Source: Cetorhinus maximus (taxonomy: Eukaryota). Taken from it: a stretch of 64,000 nt of DNA. The notes under the pieces were generated by a model, which saw only the letters and a program-made list of their open reading frames with translations, did no database searches and had not been told where the DNA came from. Both the position numbers and the translations under genes were made by a program. Shown one piece after another: positions 1 to 10,094 of the stretch. Numbering within the stretch: the stretch's first letter is position 1; each line of letters opens with the position of its first letter. The DNA is taken from positions 37,944,001 to 38,008,000 of the forward strand of contig NC_135898.1 of the NCBI RefSeq assembly GCF_964194155.1, given 5' to 3'.

Positions 1-343
1 TTTGAAATGTCACTGTCGTAATGTAAGGAAAGGAGGAAGTCAATTCACACACAGCAAGATCCCAGAAGCATCAGTGAGATAATGGGATCATCTGGGGTTT
101 TTTTTTAAATGATGTTGATTAAGAGATAAATATTAGCCAGGACATGATGATTAAAACAAAAAGATGAAAGAGAGATACAATCAAGTTTTTTTTAACCAAC
201 ACCTTTCAATGCTGCTTGTAAGAGGATTCCCAGTCAGGGGACACAAAAAAATCTTTCAGACAATAAAACAGTTGCAGACATACAGTCCCAAGCCTGAAAT
301 GCTTTATTACTAAAATTATTTCCATTTACAATTTTACTTTTAC

Positions 344-471
344 CTGGATTTTGTTTAAATAAAACCTGTTGCTGTTCCACCACATAGCGCAGGTAAGCAT
401 TGAGTGGCCGCTTCGGAGGGGTAGAGGAGGTGTTATCCAATGACAGTTTTCTTAATGCTGAGCACACACTG
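344..471 (-). CDS. TFAM: TFAM coding exon 2 (start of HMG box 1: ...TPPKRPLNAYLRYVVEQQQVLFKQNP); the gene continues left of the window
   Basis: HMG-box PKRP..AY motif; acceptor ttgcag at 473-472 (alternative at 470-469); donor G|GTAAAA after NP; adjacent to UBE2D1 as in other vertebrates. Confidence 0.92.
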
Positions 472-789
472 CTGCAATTGTATCAGATAAAGAAAAATTT
501 CCGTTACAATTCTCCATTGAATAACAATACAAAACGAACAAAAATTTTAAGATGGGAAAAAAGTATTTTTGCTCAACATTTGTGACAAATCTTCTGTTAG
601 TTGTAACTATGATATAAGCTGTTCAGAGAAGAAATTTTAGTGATTGCTATGGATTGCAAAGAAAATCAGCCCATTGAGCAAAACCTATAATGCGAGAGAG
701 AAAGAAGTTATAAGCGATTTGTAAAGTGAGAGATCAAGACACAATGGAGGAGGGCAGGGCAAACAACTTATTGAGCTAAACTTTTTGCC

Positions 790-1255
790 TCATGGGCAAT
801 GGGGCAAAGATACTTGTCTAATCATAGCTTGCAATCCAACGATTCCAACAACACTCAAGAAGCTCAACACCAGTCAGGACAAAGCGTGGCATGATGGCCA
901 CCCAATTCATCACCTCACACATGAACTTACTCTACCACAAACGTACTGCAGCAACTTGCGAATGCTTCTACAACAGCACCTTCCAAATCCATGACCTCTA
1001 CCACCTAGCAGGACAAGGGCAAGGGAACACCAGCACTTCCAAGTTTCCTTCCAAGTCACACACCATTCAGGCTTGGAAATATATTGCCATTCTTTCATCA
1101 CCACTGGGTCAAAATCTTGGAACTCCCTCCCCAATAACACTATGGAAGGATCTTCACCACATGAACTGCAGCAGTTCAAGAGTGCAGGCCATCAACACCT
1201 TCTCAAGAGCAATTTGTGACGGACAACAAATGGTCACATCCCATAAATCAATAAA
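790..1255 (+). mobile_element. 3' fragment of the same LINE family as 10095-11996
   Basis: Shared CAGCACCTTCCAAA..CCTCTACCACCTAG and GGTCAAAATC.TGGAACTCCCTCCC blocks. Confidence 0.75.
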
Positions 1256-2661
1256 TTCAAAATGGTTAAAACTTGGTTACGGTAGTATAGTGGTTACATC
1301 GTTGGACTAGCTATTCAGAGCCTGGACTAGTAATGCAGACAATGTGAAATCAATTCACTATGAATTCACTTCTAAAAATTTGGAAATTTAAACTATTCAG
1401 TTTTTCTTACGAGAAGTTAGCAGTTACTGCTTACTTACTTGCCTGTTGAGATATTGTTTAATAGCTTTGGTCAGCAATTAAAGCCAAACTGAGAAAAAAT
1501 CTCATGTTGAGACAGTCTGCTGCTGACCAAAGTCACAAGGAGGATCCAGTGGGGGGACTGGAATGAACTAATAATCAAAGCAAATCTAAAAAAGATTTTC
1601 TATTCATTGCCCTAGGCGTGCTATCAAAATGTACCTAGATATGGAGTGCATGCAAACTCTCATACATGCAAGGACCAAGAGCTCATTTACAGAGAGTCCC
1701 GACAAAAATAAACAGGTTAAAAACATGCAAAAATGTAACAGGTGCAACCTTTAACCTGTTAAGCACATTGCTCATAAAACCGACATTTTCTGATAACCAG
1801 GTGCAAGATCTGTATAAAGCACTTTTCACATCCTGTGGATTCACCAGTGTTTCACATCCAAGTCATTACTTTTAAAGTGTAGTTACTGTTGTTTTGCTGG
1901 CAACCATGGCAGCCATTTTTGTTATGCAGTTAGCTCCCACAAATAGCAATGGGATGAATGCTTAGTGAGTCTGTTTTTCAGTGGTGCTGGTAGAGGGATA
2001 AATGTTGATCAAGACACTGGGAGAAATCACCCACTCTTCTTTGAACAGTACCATGGGATCTCTCACATCCATCTAAAAGGGTAGATAGCCATCATCTGAA
2101 AGTCAGCACCACCCACTGAACAGTATTCCTTCACTTTCCACTAAAGCCTCAGTCTAGATTATGTGCTCAAGTCCCTTCTGACTCAAACAATTAATAAATC
2201 TTCCAGTGCTTTGATGGCAAGGATATTTTTGACGAGTCCACAGGTTCCACAGGGAAGTGCAGTGTCAATCCATCAATCTAGCCTGAAGCAGGTTTCTTCT
2301 GAGACCAAATAGAATTAGAACAATCACATGGCATCAGAACATCTCATTATTCTTTTTAGAAAAAGCTAAAACGTATTTAAGTAACAGGAAAGGAGTAGTA
2401 GGACACCTTCATAGTAAGTTTAGACAATGTCAAGTGTTGTAAGCAATGTTTGAAGCAAGAGACTCCCCCTTCTTAAAAAGATGCATCTCCCATGGTGTTA
2501 GATCAGGCAAAAATAATTAACTCTCTCCCTATAATTGCTTATGTTCCCTCCATTCCCAAATTCTTGCTGTGCTCACTCAATCTTTCTGGTTGTACTTTGC
2601 TCTTTCTGTATGGCTCTCATGCAATTCTGATGTCTGGATCCAACCATTTGTATCCTACCCT

Positions 2662-4157
2662 TAAAAACAAAAAACTGCGGATGCTGGAAATCCAAAACAA
2701 AAACAGAATTACCTGGAAAAACTCAGCAAGTCTGGCAGCATCGGCGGAGAAGAAAAGAGTTGATGTTTCGAGTCCTCATGACCCTTCAACAGAACTGAAT
2801 AATATTAGGAGAGGGGTGAAATATAAGCTGGTTTAAGGTGGAGGGGTGGGGGAAGAGAAGTTGGTGAGGGGGTGGTTGTAGGGACAAGCAAGCAGTGATA
2901 GGAGCAGATAATCAAAAGATGTCACAGACAAAGGAACAAAGAGGTGTTGAAGGTGGTGATATTATCTAAACGAATGTGCTAATTAAGAATGGATGGCAGC
3001 ACAGTCAAGGTACAGCTCTAGTGGGGGTGGGGTGGAAAGACTAACAGGGCATTAAAGGTATAGATTTAAAAATAATGGAAATAGGTGGGAAAAGAAAAAT
3101 CTATATAACTTATTGGAAAAAACAAAAGGGAGGGGGAAGAAACGGAAAGGGGCTGGGGGTGGAGGAGGGAGTTCAAGATCTAAAGTTGTTGAATTCAATA
3201 TTCAGTCCGGAAGGCTGTAAAGTGCCTAGTCGGAAGATGAAGTGCTGTTCCTCCAGTTTGCGTTGGGCTTCACTGGAAAAATGCAGCAAGCCAAGGACAG
3301 GCATGTGGGCAAGGGAGCAGGGTGGAGTGTTAAAATGGTAATCGACAGGGAGGTTTGGGTCTTTCTTGCGGACAGACCGCAGGTGTTCTGCAAAGCGGTC
3401 GCCCAGTTTACGTTTGGTCTCTCCAATGTAGAGGAGACCGCATTGGGAGCAACGAATGCAGTAGACTAAGTTGGGGGAAATGCAAGTGAAATGCTGTTTC
3501 ACTTGAAAGGAGTGTTTGGGCCTTGGACAGTGAGGAGAGAGGAAGTGAAGGGGCAGGTGTTGCATCTTTTGCATGGGCATGGGGAGGTGCCACAGGTGGG
3601 GGTTGAGGAGTAGGGGGTGATGGAGGAGTGGACCAGGGTGTCCCAGAGGGAACGATCCCTACGGAATGCCGCCAGGGGGGGGTGAAGGGAAGATGTGTTT
3701 GGTGGTGGCATCTTGCTGGAGTTGGCGGAAATGGCAGAGGATGATCCTTTGAATGCGGAGGCTGGTGGGGTGATAAGTGAGGACAAGGGGGACCCTATCA
3801 TGTTTTTGGGAGGGAGGAGAAGGCGTGAGGGCGGATGCGCGGGAGAAGGGCCAGACATTGTTAAGGGCCCTGTCAACGACCGTGGGTGGAAAACCTCGGT
3901 TAAGGAAGAAGGAGGACATGTCAGAGGAACTGTTTTTGAAGGTAGCGTCATCAGAACAGATGCGATGGAGGCGAAGGAACTGAGAGAATGGGATGGAGTC
4001 CTTACAGGAAGCGGGGTGTGAGGAGCTGTAGTCGAGGTAGCTGTGGGAGTAGGTAGGCTTGTAATGGATATTGGTGGACAGTCTATCACCAGAAATTGAG
4101 ACAGAGAGGTCAAGGAAGGGAAGGGAAGTGTCAGAGATGGACCATGTGAAAATGATG
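2662..4157 (-). mobile_element. 5'-truncated Penelope-like retroelement (RT C-terminus, GIY-YIG endonuclease, pLTR) in TFAM intron 1
   Basis: ORF 3173..3580 contains VYCIRCSQCGLLYIGETKRKLGDRFAEH (GIY-YIG); collinear with the longer copy at 18.3-21 kb. Confidence 0.92.
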
Positions 4158-4820
4158 CCGCACTGTTGGAAGTGCCGCACTGTTGGAAGTGCCGCACTGT
4201 TGGAAGTGCCGCACTGTTGGAAGTGCCGCACTGTTGGAAGTGCCGCACTGTTGGAAGTGCCGCACTGTTGGAAGTGCCGCACTGTTGGAAGTGCCGCACT
4301 GTTGGAAGTGCCGCACTGTTGGAAGTGCCGCACTGTTGGAAGTGCCGCACTGTTGGAAGTGCCGCACTGTTGGAAGTGCCGCACTGTTGGAAGTGCCGCA
4401 CTGTTGGAAGTGCCGCACTGTTGGAAGTGCCGCACTGTTGGAAGTGCCGCACTGTTGGAAGTGCCGCACTGTTGGAAGTGCCGCACTGTTGGAAGTGCCG
4501 CACTGTTGGAAGTGCCGCACTGTTGGAAGTGCCGCACTGTTGGAAGTGCCGCACTGTTGGAAGTGCCGCACTGTTGGAAGTGCCGCACTGTTGGAAGTGC
4601 CGCACTGTTGGAAGTGCCGCACTGTTGGAAGTGCCGCACTGTTGGAAGTGCCGCACTGTTGGAAGTGCCGCACTGTTGGAAGTGCCGCACTGTTGTAGGT
4701 GCCGCACTGTTGTAGGTGCCGCACTGTTGTAGGTGCCGCACTGTTGTAGGTGCCGCACTGTTGGAAGTGCCGCACTGTTGGAAGTGCCGCACTGTTGGAA
4801 GTGCCGCACTGTTGGAAGTG
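4156..4820. repeat. 17-bp minisatellite (GCCGCACTGTTGGAAGT) x ~39
   Basis: Directly visible; four consecutive variant units (GTAGG for GGAAG) at about 4683-4750. Confidence 0.99.
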
Positions 4821-5108
4821 ACTTTTGGATGAGACTTTAAACCAAGGCCCCTACCTGTCTGCTCAAGTGGATGTAAAAGATCCCATGGCACTATCTCAAA
4901 GAAGAGCTGCAGTTATCCCCAGCATCTGGGCCAATATTTCTCCCTCAATCAAAATCACAAAAAAAGATCTGGTCTTTATCACATTGCTGTTTGTCTGAGT
5001 TTCCGACAACAGTGTCTTCGGTCACTTCAAAAAGTAGGTCATTGGCTGTAAAGCAGTTTGAGATGCCCAGTGGTCATGAAAAGCACTACATAAATGCAAG
5101 TCATTTTT
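4801..5108 (+). mobile_element. Deu-domain SINE (SacSINE1/AmnSINE-like), lacking its 5' head
   Basis: GTGGATGTAAAAGATCCCATGGCACTAT core and ...TAAATGCAAG tail; related copies at ~1830-2175 (-), 12915-13312 (+), 25860-26190 (-), 42300-42780 (+), 48490-48700 (+) and 60150-60480 (+). Confidence 0.7.
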
Positions 5109-5487
5109 ATTTGATTGGCCCATCTCTTTCGAGTTATCAACAGTCACAGATTGCAACTCTTTTTGAGTACAATCACAGTTCTTGGTTTCCGGGAGTGGGA
5201 CATGAACCCACAACCCTCTGATTCAAAGGCGAGGGTGCTATGAACTGAGCCACAGCTGATGTTGCATTGATTTGTACCTCTTCCTAACTATGTTTCAGCA
5301 AACTGGCGGTGGTCATTTGATCCAATCATGAATGTTTTTGCCTCAAGGAAACATCTTTTGTGAGATGCAATGCTGTTAACAAGCACTAGATGCTGCCAGA
5401 CTATTTGTAGTTCAACTCTGGAAGCAAATGGCAAGAGTTTGGGTGACCCTTTCACCTTGTGATAAGTAATTCAGCCTGCTGCTGCTT

Positions 5488-5790
5488 AGCACATTCCTTA
5501 GATAATATCACCACCATCAACGTCTCTTTGTACTGTTGTCTATGACATCTTTAGCAATCTCTTCTTTGCCTCCACCTATCACTGGCCCTCTATCCAGCTC
5601 TACCTGTCCCACCCTCCTCTACCAGCTTATATTTCACGTCATTTCTCTATTTCCTTAGTTCTGATGAAGAGTCATACGGACTCAAAACGTTAACTGTGTT
5701 CCTCTCCGCAGATGCTGTCTGACCTGCTGAGTTTTCCAGCTATTTTTGTTTTTGTTTCAGGTTTCCAGCATCTGCAGTATTTTGCTTTTA
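5488..5790 (+). mobile_element. Solo Penelope-like pLTR with hammerhead motif
   Basis: Homologous to the 3' ends of the GIY-YIG elements; AGTT-CTGATGA-A-GAGTC-ATACG-GACTC-AAAACGT-T-AACT at 5657-5695. Confidence 0.85.
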
Positions 5791-6169
5791 CCTTTATACC
5801 AAGGTATGTATTGCCAGTATTTATAATAGATGAACCTCAAACCTCAAAGCTTAGAACACTGATGTTAATTGTATAAATTAATGTTAAGTTAATATAGTTA
5901 CGGCAATGTGGTTGACTCTTAAATATCCTCTCAACAAGGGCAATTAGGGATGGGCAATAAATGCTGGCCTAGCCAGTGACGCCCATATCCCATGAATGAA
6001 TAAAAAAGTTGGGGCACTCATTGGATAATGATTTGAGCATCCAGTAAAGAGACATTCACCCCCTTAAAAAATTCTTTCGAGATTCACCCCTTTAAAGGGG
6101 CTGTCAATTTATTTATTAGTTAATTTATTAATTAGTCTATTTTATTTTATTGGCGTACTCAAAAGAGTA

Positions 6170-6900
6170 GAAAGAGACTCTCTGGTTCGCTTGAGGCCTT
6201 CAGTGGTTGGTAGGCATTGCGCGCGGGCGGGCAGGAGTGCACCATCAGCTCCAGGGACACTATTTTCTTTAAGTTTCCTTTTTTGTTACAGTGCCCCTTT
6301 AATTAGTTAATATTTGTTTATTTGTTTTTCAAAAGGAGCAAATAGAGACACTGGAGGGCTCACTAGGTGGGAATCCTCCTTTCTTCCATTGGGACATGAC
6401 GTGGAGGGTGTTGCGTGCAGCAGTCCTGTGCAATCTAAGATTACGTCAGTTCACAGAATCCCAGGCCGCCTGCAATTTCTGCAGCCTTGAGGAGTCCGTG
6501 TTCCACGTTTACATAGGTTAAAGCCACTCTTTCATTATTTAAAAGGGGCTACTCCATTTTTGGTTGCACTTCAGCCCCACGCCTCTGGTCACCAAGTGTG
6601 GAGGCGGTTGGGGGCAGGCAGGTTGGAAGACCTCATTAGCCTTAAAACAGGTCCAGGCGGTTGAGGGGGTCGTTCATTCCAACTGCTTGCCTTTCTTTCG
6701 TGATTATGTCCGCGCCTGGGTGTCCCTGGAGAGGGAGGATGCAGTGTCCACCAGTACCCTTGAGGCCTTCCACCGTGACCGATGGGCATCATCTCCACCC
6801 AAAACATTTTAAATTAATTTGATAAATTTCCTTTAAAGTTTTGTTCACTACCTAATTTGCTCATTTATTGGATTTACTCAAAAGGAGTATAGAGAGGCAT
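6170..6900 (+). mobile_element. Degenerate Tx1/L1-clade LINE 3' fragment
   Basis: Translates to ACNFCSLEESVFHVY (C-terminal zinc-binding motif of L1/Tx1 ORF2) near 6467-6510; AT-rich 3'-UTR-like block repeated at ~6110, ~6300 and ~6850. Confidence 0.55.
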
Positions 6901-8024
6901 TTATTGACACTGGTGGTGGGTTGCAGAGTTACGAGCTATATTTTGTAATGCCTCACTTTATGAATAAATTTAAAACAGTAAAGATTGACTTCTGATCTCC
7001 TCCTTCACCAAATGTCTGAGAGAAGTTTAACAACTGATGCATTATTGTTTCCTGAAGGACCAGTTTGCACAGGAAACGAATAGGAGGAGCTAAACTGAAA
7101 GAATTCCCAAAATATTAGTAAAAGTTCAAGTATTCCACATAACGGAGAGAATATGAATTATTCAGTCGCGATAAACGATAGCCTGAAGGCAGAAAATAGC
7201 CGTTCTGCTATAAGTTACAAGCAAGGCCGCCATTTTCATCCAATTCAACAAAAAAAGAAATGGATGGAATCACTAAATCCAACCACCCCCCCAGCCCCCA
7301 AAAGAGTGATAGAAATCCAGGTGATGAAGAGAATAAGTTAAATTCAGCATCTGTCATTGTAAACCAAAGGGCCTTGATTGTAAACCATGCATCAGGCTGA
7401 ACTGTCGAAAATTTATTTCAGCAAAGCATTCGTGATTTTCTCCCTTTCTGCAAATCACATACTGTCCTCAGCTTTCAGGCCTCCAATAAACTTGAACAGA
7501 GAGCTTGGAAACACACAATTGTGCCTGACATACTATTTTGGATTTACATTAATTTGAGGAACTCCTAATCCCCCAAGATATATTACAAATGCCCTCCTTC
7601 AAAGGCAATGCAGTGCCAACAAGTGCTTTTGACATGGAAAGAGGGTTGTCCATCTAAACAAGTATCTTTAAATAAAACATAACTATAATATAAATTGCAC
7701 AATACAAAAGGGTCATTGCTCACCAGTGGACTCGCCTGAGCACTAGAACTCAAAACATGGACACTTTCCTAAATAAAGCATACTGTTATTAAGATTACAT
7801 TTTTAATTATAACAATTAACACCTCATGTATTTATTTCTGAGCCACTAAATTTTTCAGTTAACAGCAGTTACTGATTCAAACCCAGCTACAATGAAGGAA
7901 TTCCCCCATTTTTGAGAGATTGGGAGAGCACATGAAATTCATCTTAATAAAGAGAAAAGAACTTTCACTTCAAAAGCACCTTTTACATCCTCATGAGGAT
8001 TAATGCGGGGGGGGGGTGGAAAGG

Positions 8025-8482
8025 AAAGAGTTATGTATTGTGAGGGTAGGAAGGTGAAAGTTATGTGTTTTGGAGAGGAAGGAGAGGCTTATGTATTTTG
8101 AGGGCAGGAAGGTGTGTTCTGAGGATAGGAAGGTGAGGGTTGTGTATTTTGGGAGTAGGAAGGTCAGGGTTATGTGTTTTGGGGGTAGGAAGGTGTGTAC
8201 TGAGGGTAGGAAGGTGAGGGTTGTGTATTTTGGGAGTAGGAAGGTCAGGGTTATGTGTTTTGGGGGTAGGAAGGTGTGTACTGAGGGTAGGAAGGTGAGG
8301 GTTATGTGTTTTGGGGGTAGGAAGGAGAGGGTCATGTGTTCTGAGGGTAGGAAGGTGAGGGTTATGTGTTTTGGGAGTAGGAAGGAGAGGGTTATGTGTT
8401 TTGTGGGTAGGAAGGTGTGTACTGAGGGTAGGAAGGTGAGGGTATTGTGTTTGGGGGAGGAAGGAGAGAGTTATGTGTTTTT
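8025..8482. repeat. G-rich minisatellite (30- and 21-bp units with GGTAGGAAGG core; 81-bp higher-order period)
   Basis: Equivalent unit starts at 8121, 8202 and 8283. Confidence 0.9.
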
Positions 8483-8699
8483 TCGGGGAGGTGGGTGGAG
8501 ACGGTTATATCCTGGGGGAGGAGGGAACAAGGATGTCTCAGAGTAAACAAAGTATTCAGAGCGGGTGACCATTTCTGGAGAGGAAGGAGGGATGAAGGAG
8601 GGGGGGGGGGGGTGTGGCGGGAGGATGTAGGCCATCAGAGCTCTTATCTCTATTGAATCCCTCTCAGTTGCTTGAATGACCGATGGTTACATTAGTAGC

Positions 8700-9060
8700 A
8701 GACTCTGCATTGTAACAGATTGAGACATTGTAACATTTGCTGCTCCCGGTTACAATGCTGCAGCAAATGGAAGCCGAGCGATCCCGCCTGCGCGCGCTCC
8801 ATCCCTGGGACAATGGGCCTCGCGGCTGCTTCCTGCACGAGCGCCGATTGCCCCCCGGACCGACCTCACTCACCTCACAGGCGGCCAGGAGCAGCTACTG
8901 AGCAACCCCCCGAGTCTCCTACCGAGCAAACCCAGAGACACGACGCTCGCCATCCCGTTACTCGGGGGTCACTTCAGCTCACGCGAATTGTTCACCGCGC
9001 CCGCCGAGGGATTCTGGGACGGAGGAGGAGGAAGAATGGTCGCACCGTTTGCACCAGAAC
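8700..9060 (-). promoter_or_regulatory. CpG-rich promoter/first-exon region of TFAM
   Basis: Local CpG/GC enrichment around the start codon in an otherwise AT-rich, CpG-depleted background. Confidence 0.7.
8874..8953 (-). CDS. TFAM: TFAM coding exon 1 (mitochondrial targeting peptide, MASVVSLGLLGRRLGGLLSSCSWPPV)
   Basis: ATG at 8953-8951 in a CpG-rich patch. The 80 nt end at an AG|GTGAGT donor (phase 2) that joins exon 2 in frame. The peptide is rich in Arg/Leu/Ser and has no acidic residues, like a presequence. Confidence 0.85.
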
Positions 9061-9418
9061 ATTTACTGGGTGCAAGGCAGCTGGGAGGAGCTCCCTCTGA
9101 CTGAGAGGCAAATTCAAAAAAAAAGTGTGCAGTACTCTTCACTACAACTACACCAACAAACGTGAGAGCTTCCATCTACATTAGCAGCATCTGTCTGCCA
9201 CTTGCTGTTCACGATGGTTTTAACATGATTTCTTTGAAAGTTGCTAGAGCATTTTTTTTTGCAGCAAAACTTGCAATGCCACAGTTTGCTCCCCAGAATT
9301 TTGTTTATTATTCTCTTTGGCTGTGTAAGGTTATTCCATCCAATTTTATTTCATTACTTTTTTAATCATTTGTAAGTTAAGTAGGAAAACATCGCCAGAG
9401 GCATGCTTGGTTGAATTT

Positions 9419-9541
9419 GACGGACTCCCAACGTTAACTTTGTTTCTGCCCCCCCACGGATGCTGCCAGACCTGCTGAGTGTTTACAGCATTTTCTGTTT
9501 TTATTTCAGATTTCCAGCACCCATTGTGTTTTGCTTTTATT
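9419..9541 (+). mobile_element. Short Penelope-like pLTR 3' fragment with 25-bp target-site duplication
   Basis: GATGCTGCCAGACCTGCTGAG pLTR sequence flanked by 9394-9418 and 9542-9566 (22/25 identical). Confidence 0.8.
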
Positions 9542-10094
9542 GCTAGAGGCGTGTTTGGTTGAATTTTTCAGGAAAGGACAATTGTGGAATTTAAATACTA
9601 AAAGTCAAAACAGTCATATTTAAACACATTTTTAAGTGAGGCTAGACTGGCATTGGTCGCAAAATGTGAAAAAATATGTTGTTCTGTGACACCGAGAGAG
9701 TAATGCAAAATGGGACAGGATGGTTTATATGTTGCTTTTAAATTTAAAATTGTTTTCCATTAGCTCCTAGTAAAGCAAAGCTTCAATTATAAAAAGTTCG
9801 TCCTTGTTTTCAAATCCATCCATCCCTCCCTACCTCTGTAATCTCCTCCAACCTTACAACCCCCTGAGATATATGTGCTCCGCCAATTCCGGCCTCTTCA
9901 CCACCTCCGATTTTAATTGCCCCACCATTAGCAGCCACGCCTTCAGGTGCCAAGGCTTTAAGCTCTGGAATTCCCTCCCCAAATCTCTCTGCCTCTCTTC
10001 CTCTCGTTACTTGGCACTATCACAATGCTAAATGGGATAGTTTTCAAACAGATGTCGTAACTCAAGACTGGTTAACCATGAGGCGCTGCGGGCC

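Noticed and set aside
4156-4820. CRISPR-like array or Cys/His-rich repeat protein (CRTVGSAALLEVPHCWK)n
   Set aside because: Units are contiguous with no unique spacers and there are no cas genes in this eukaryotic context; the ORFs follow from a largely stop-free 17-mer.
2662-5790. The 2662-4157 element and the 5488-5790 pLTR as one inverted insertion
   Set aside because: Different subfamilies (AUGAG versus AUACG stem II loop), both carry the tail, and no shared TSD was found.
8000-8546. 111-aa and 158-aa repetitive ORFs
   Set aside because: Translations of a minisatellite whose unit lengths are multiples of 3; intronic, with no splice or homology support.
8664-8873. 69-aa minus-strand ORF as TFAM exon 1
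   Set aside because: It starts at the GTGAGT donor and so is intron 1; the real exon is 8874-8953.
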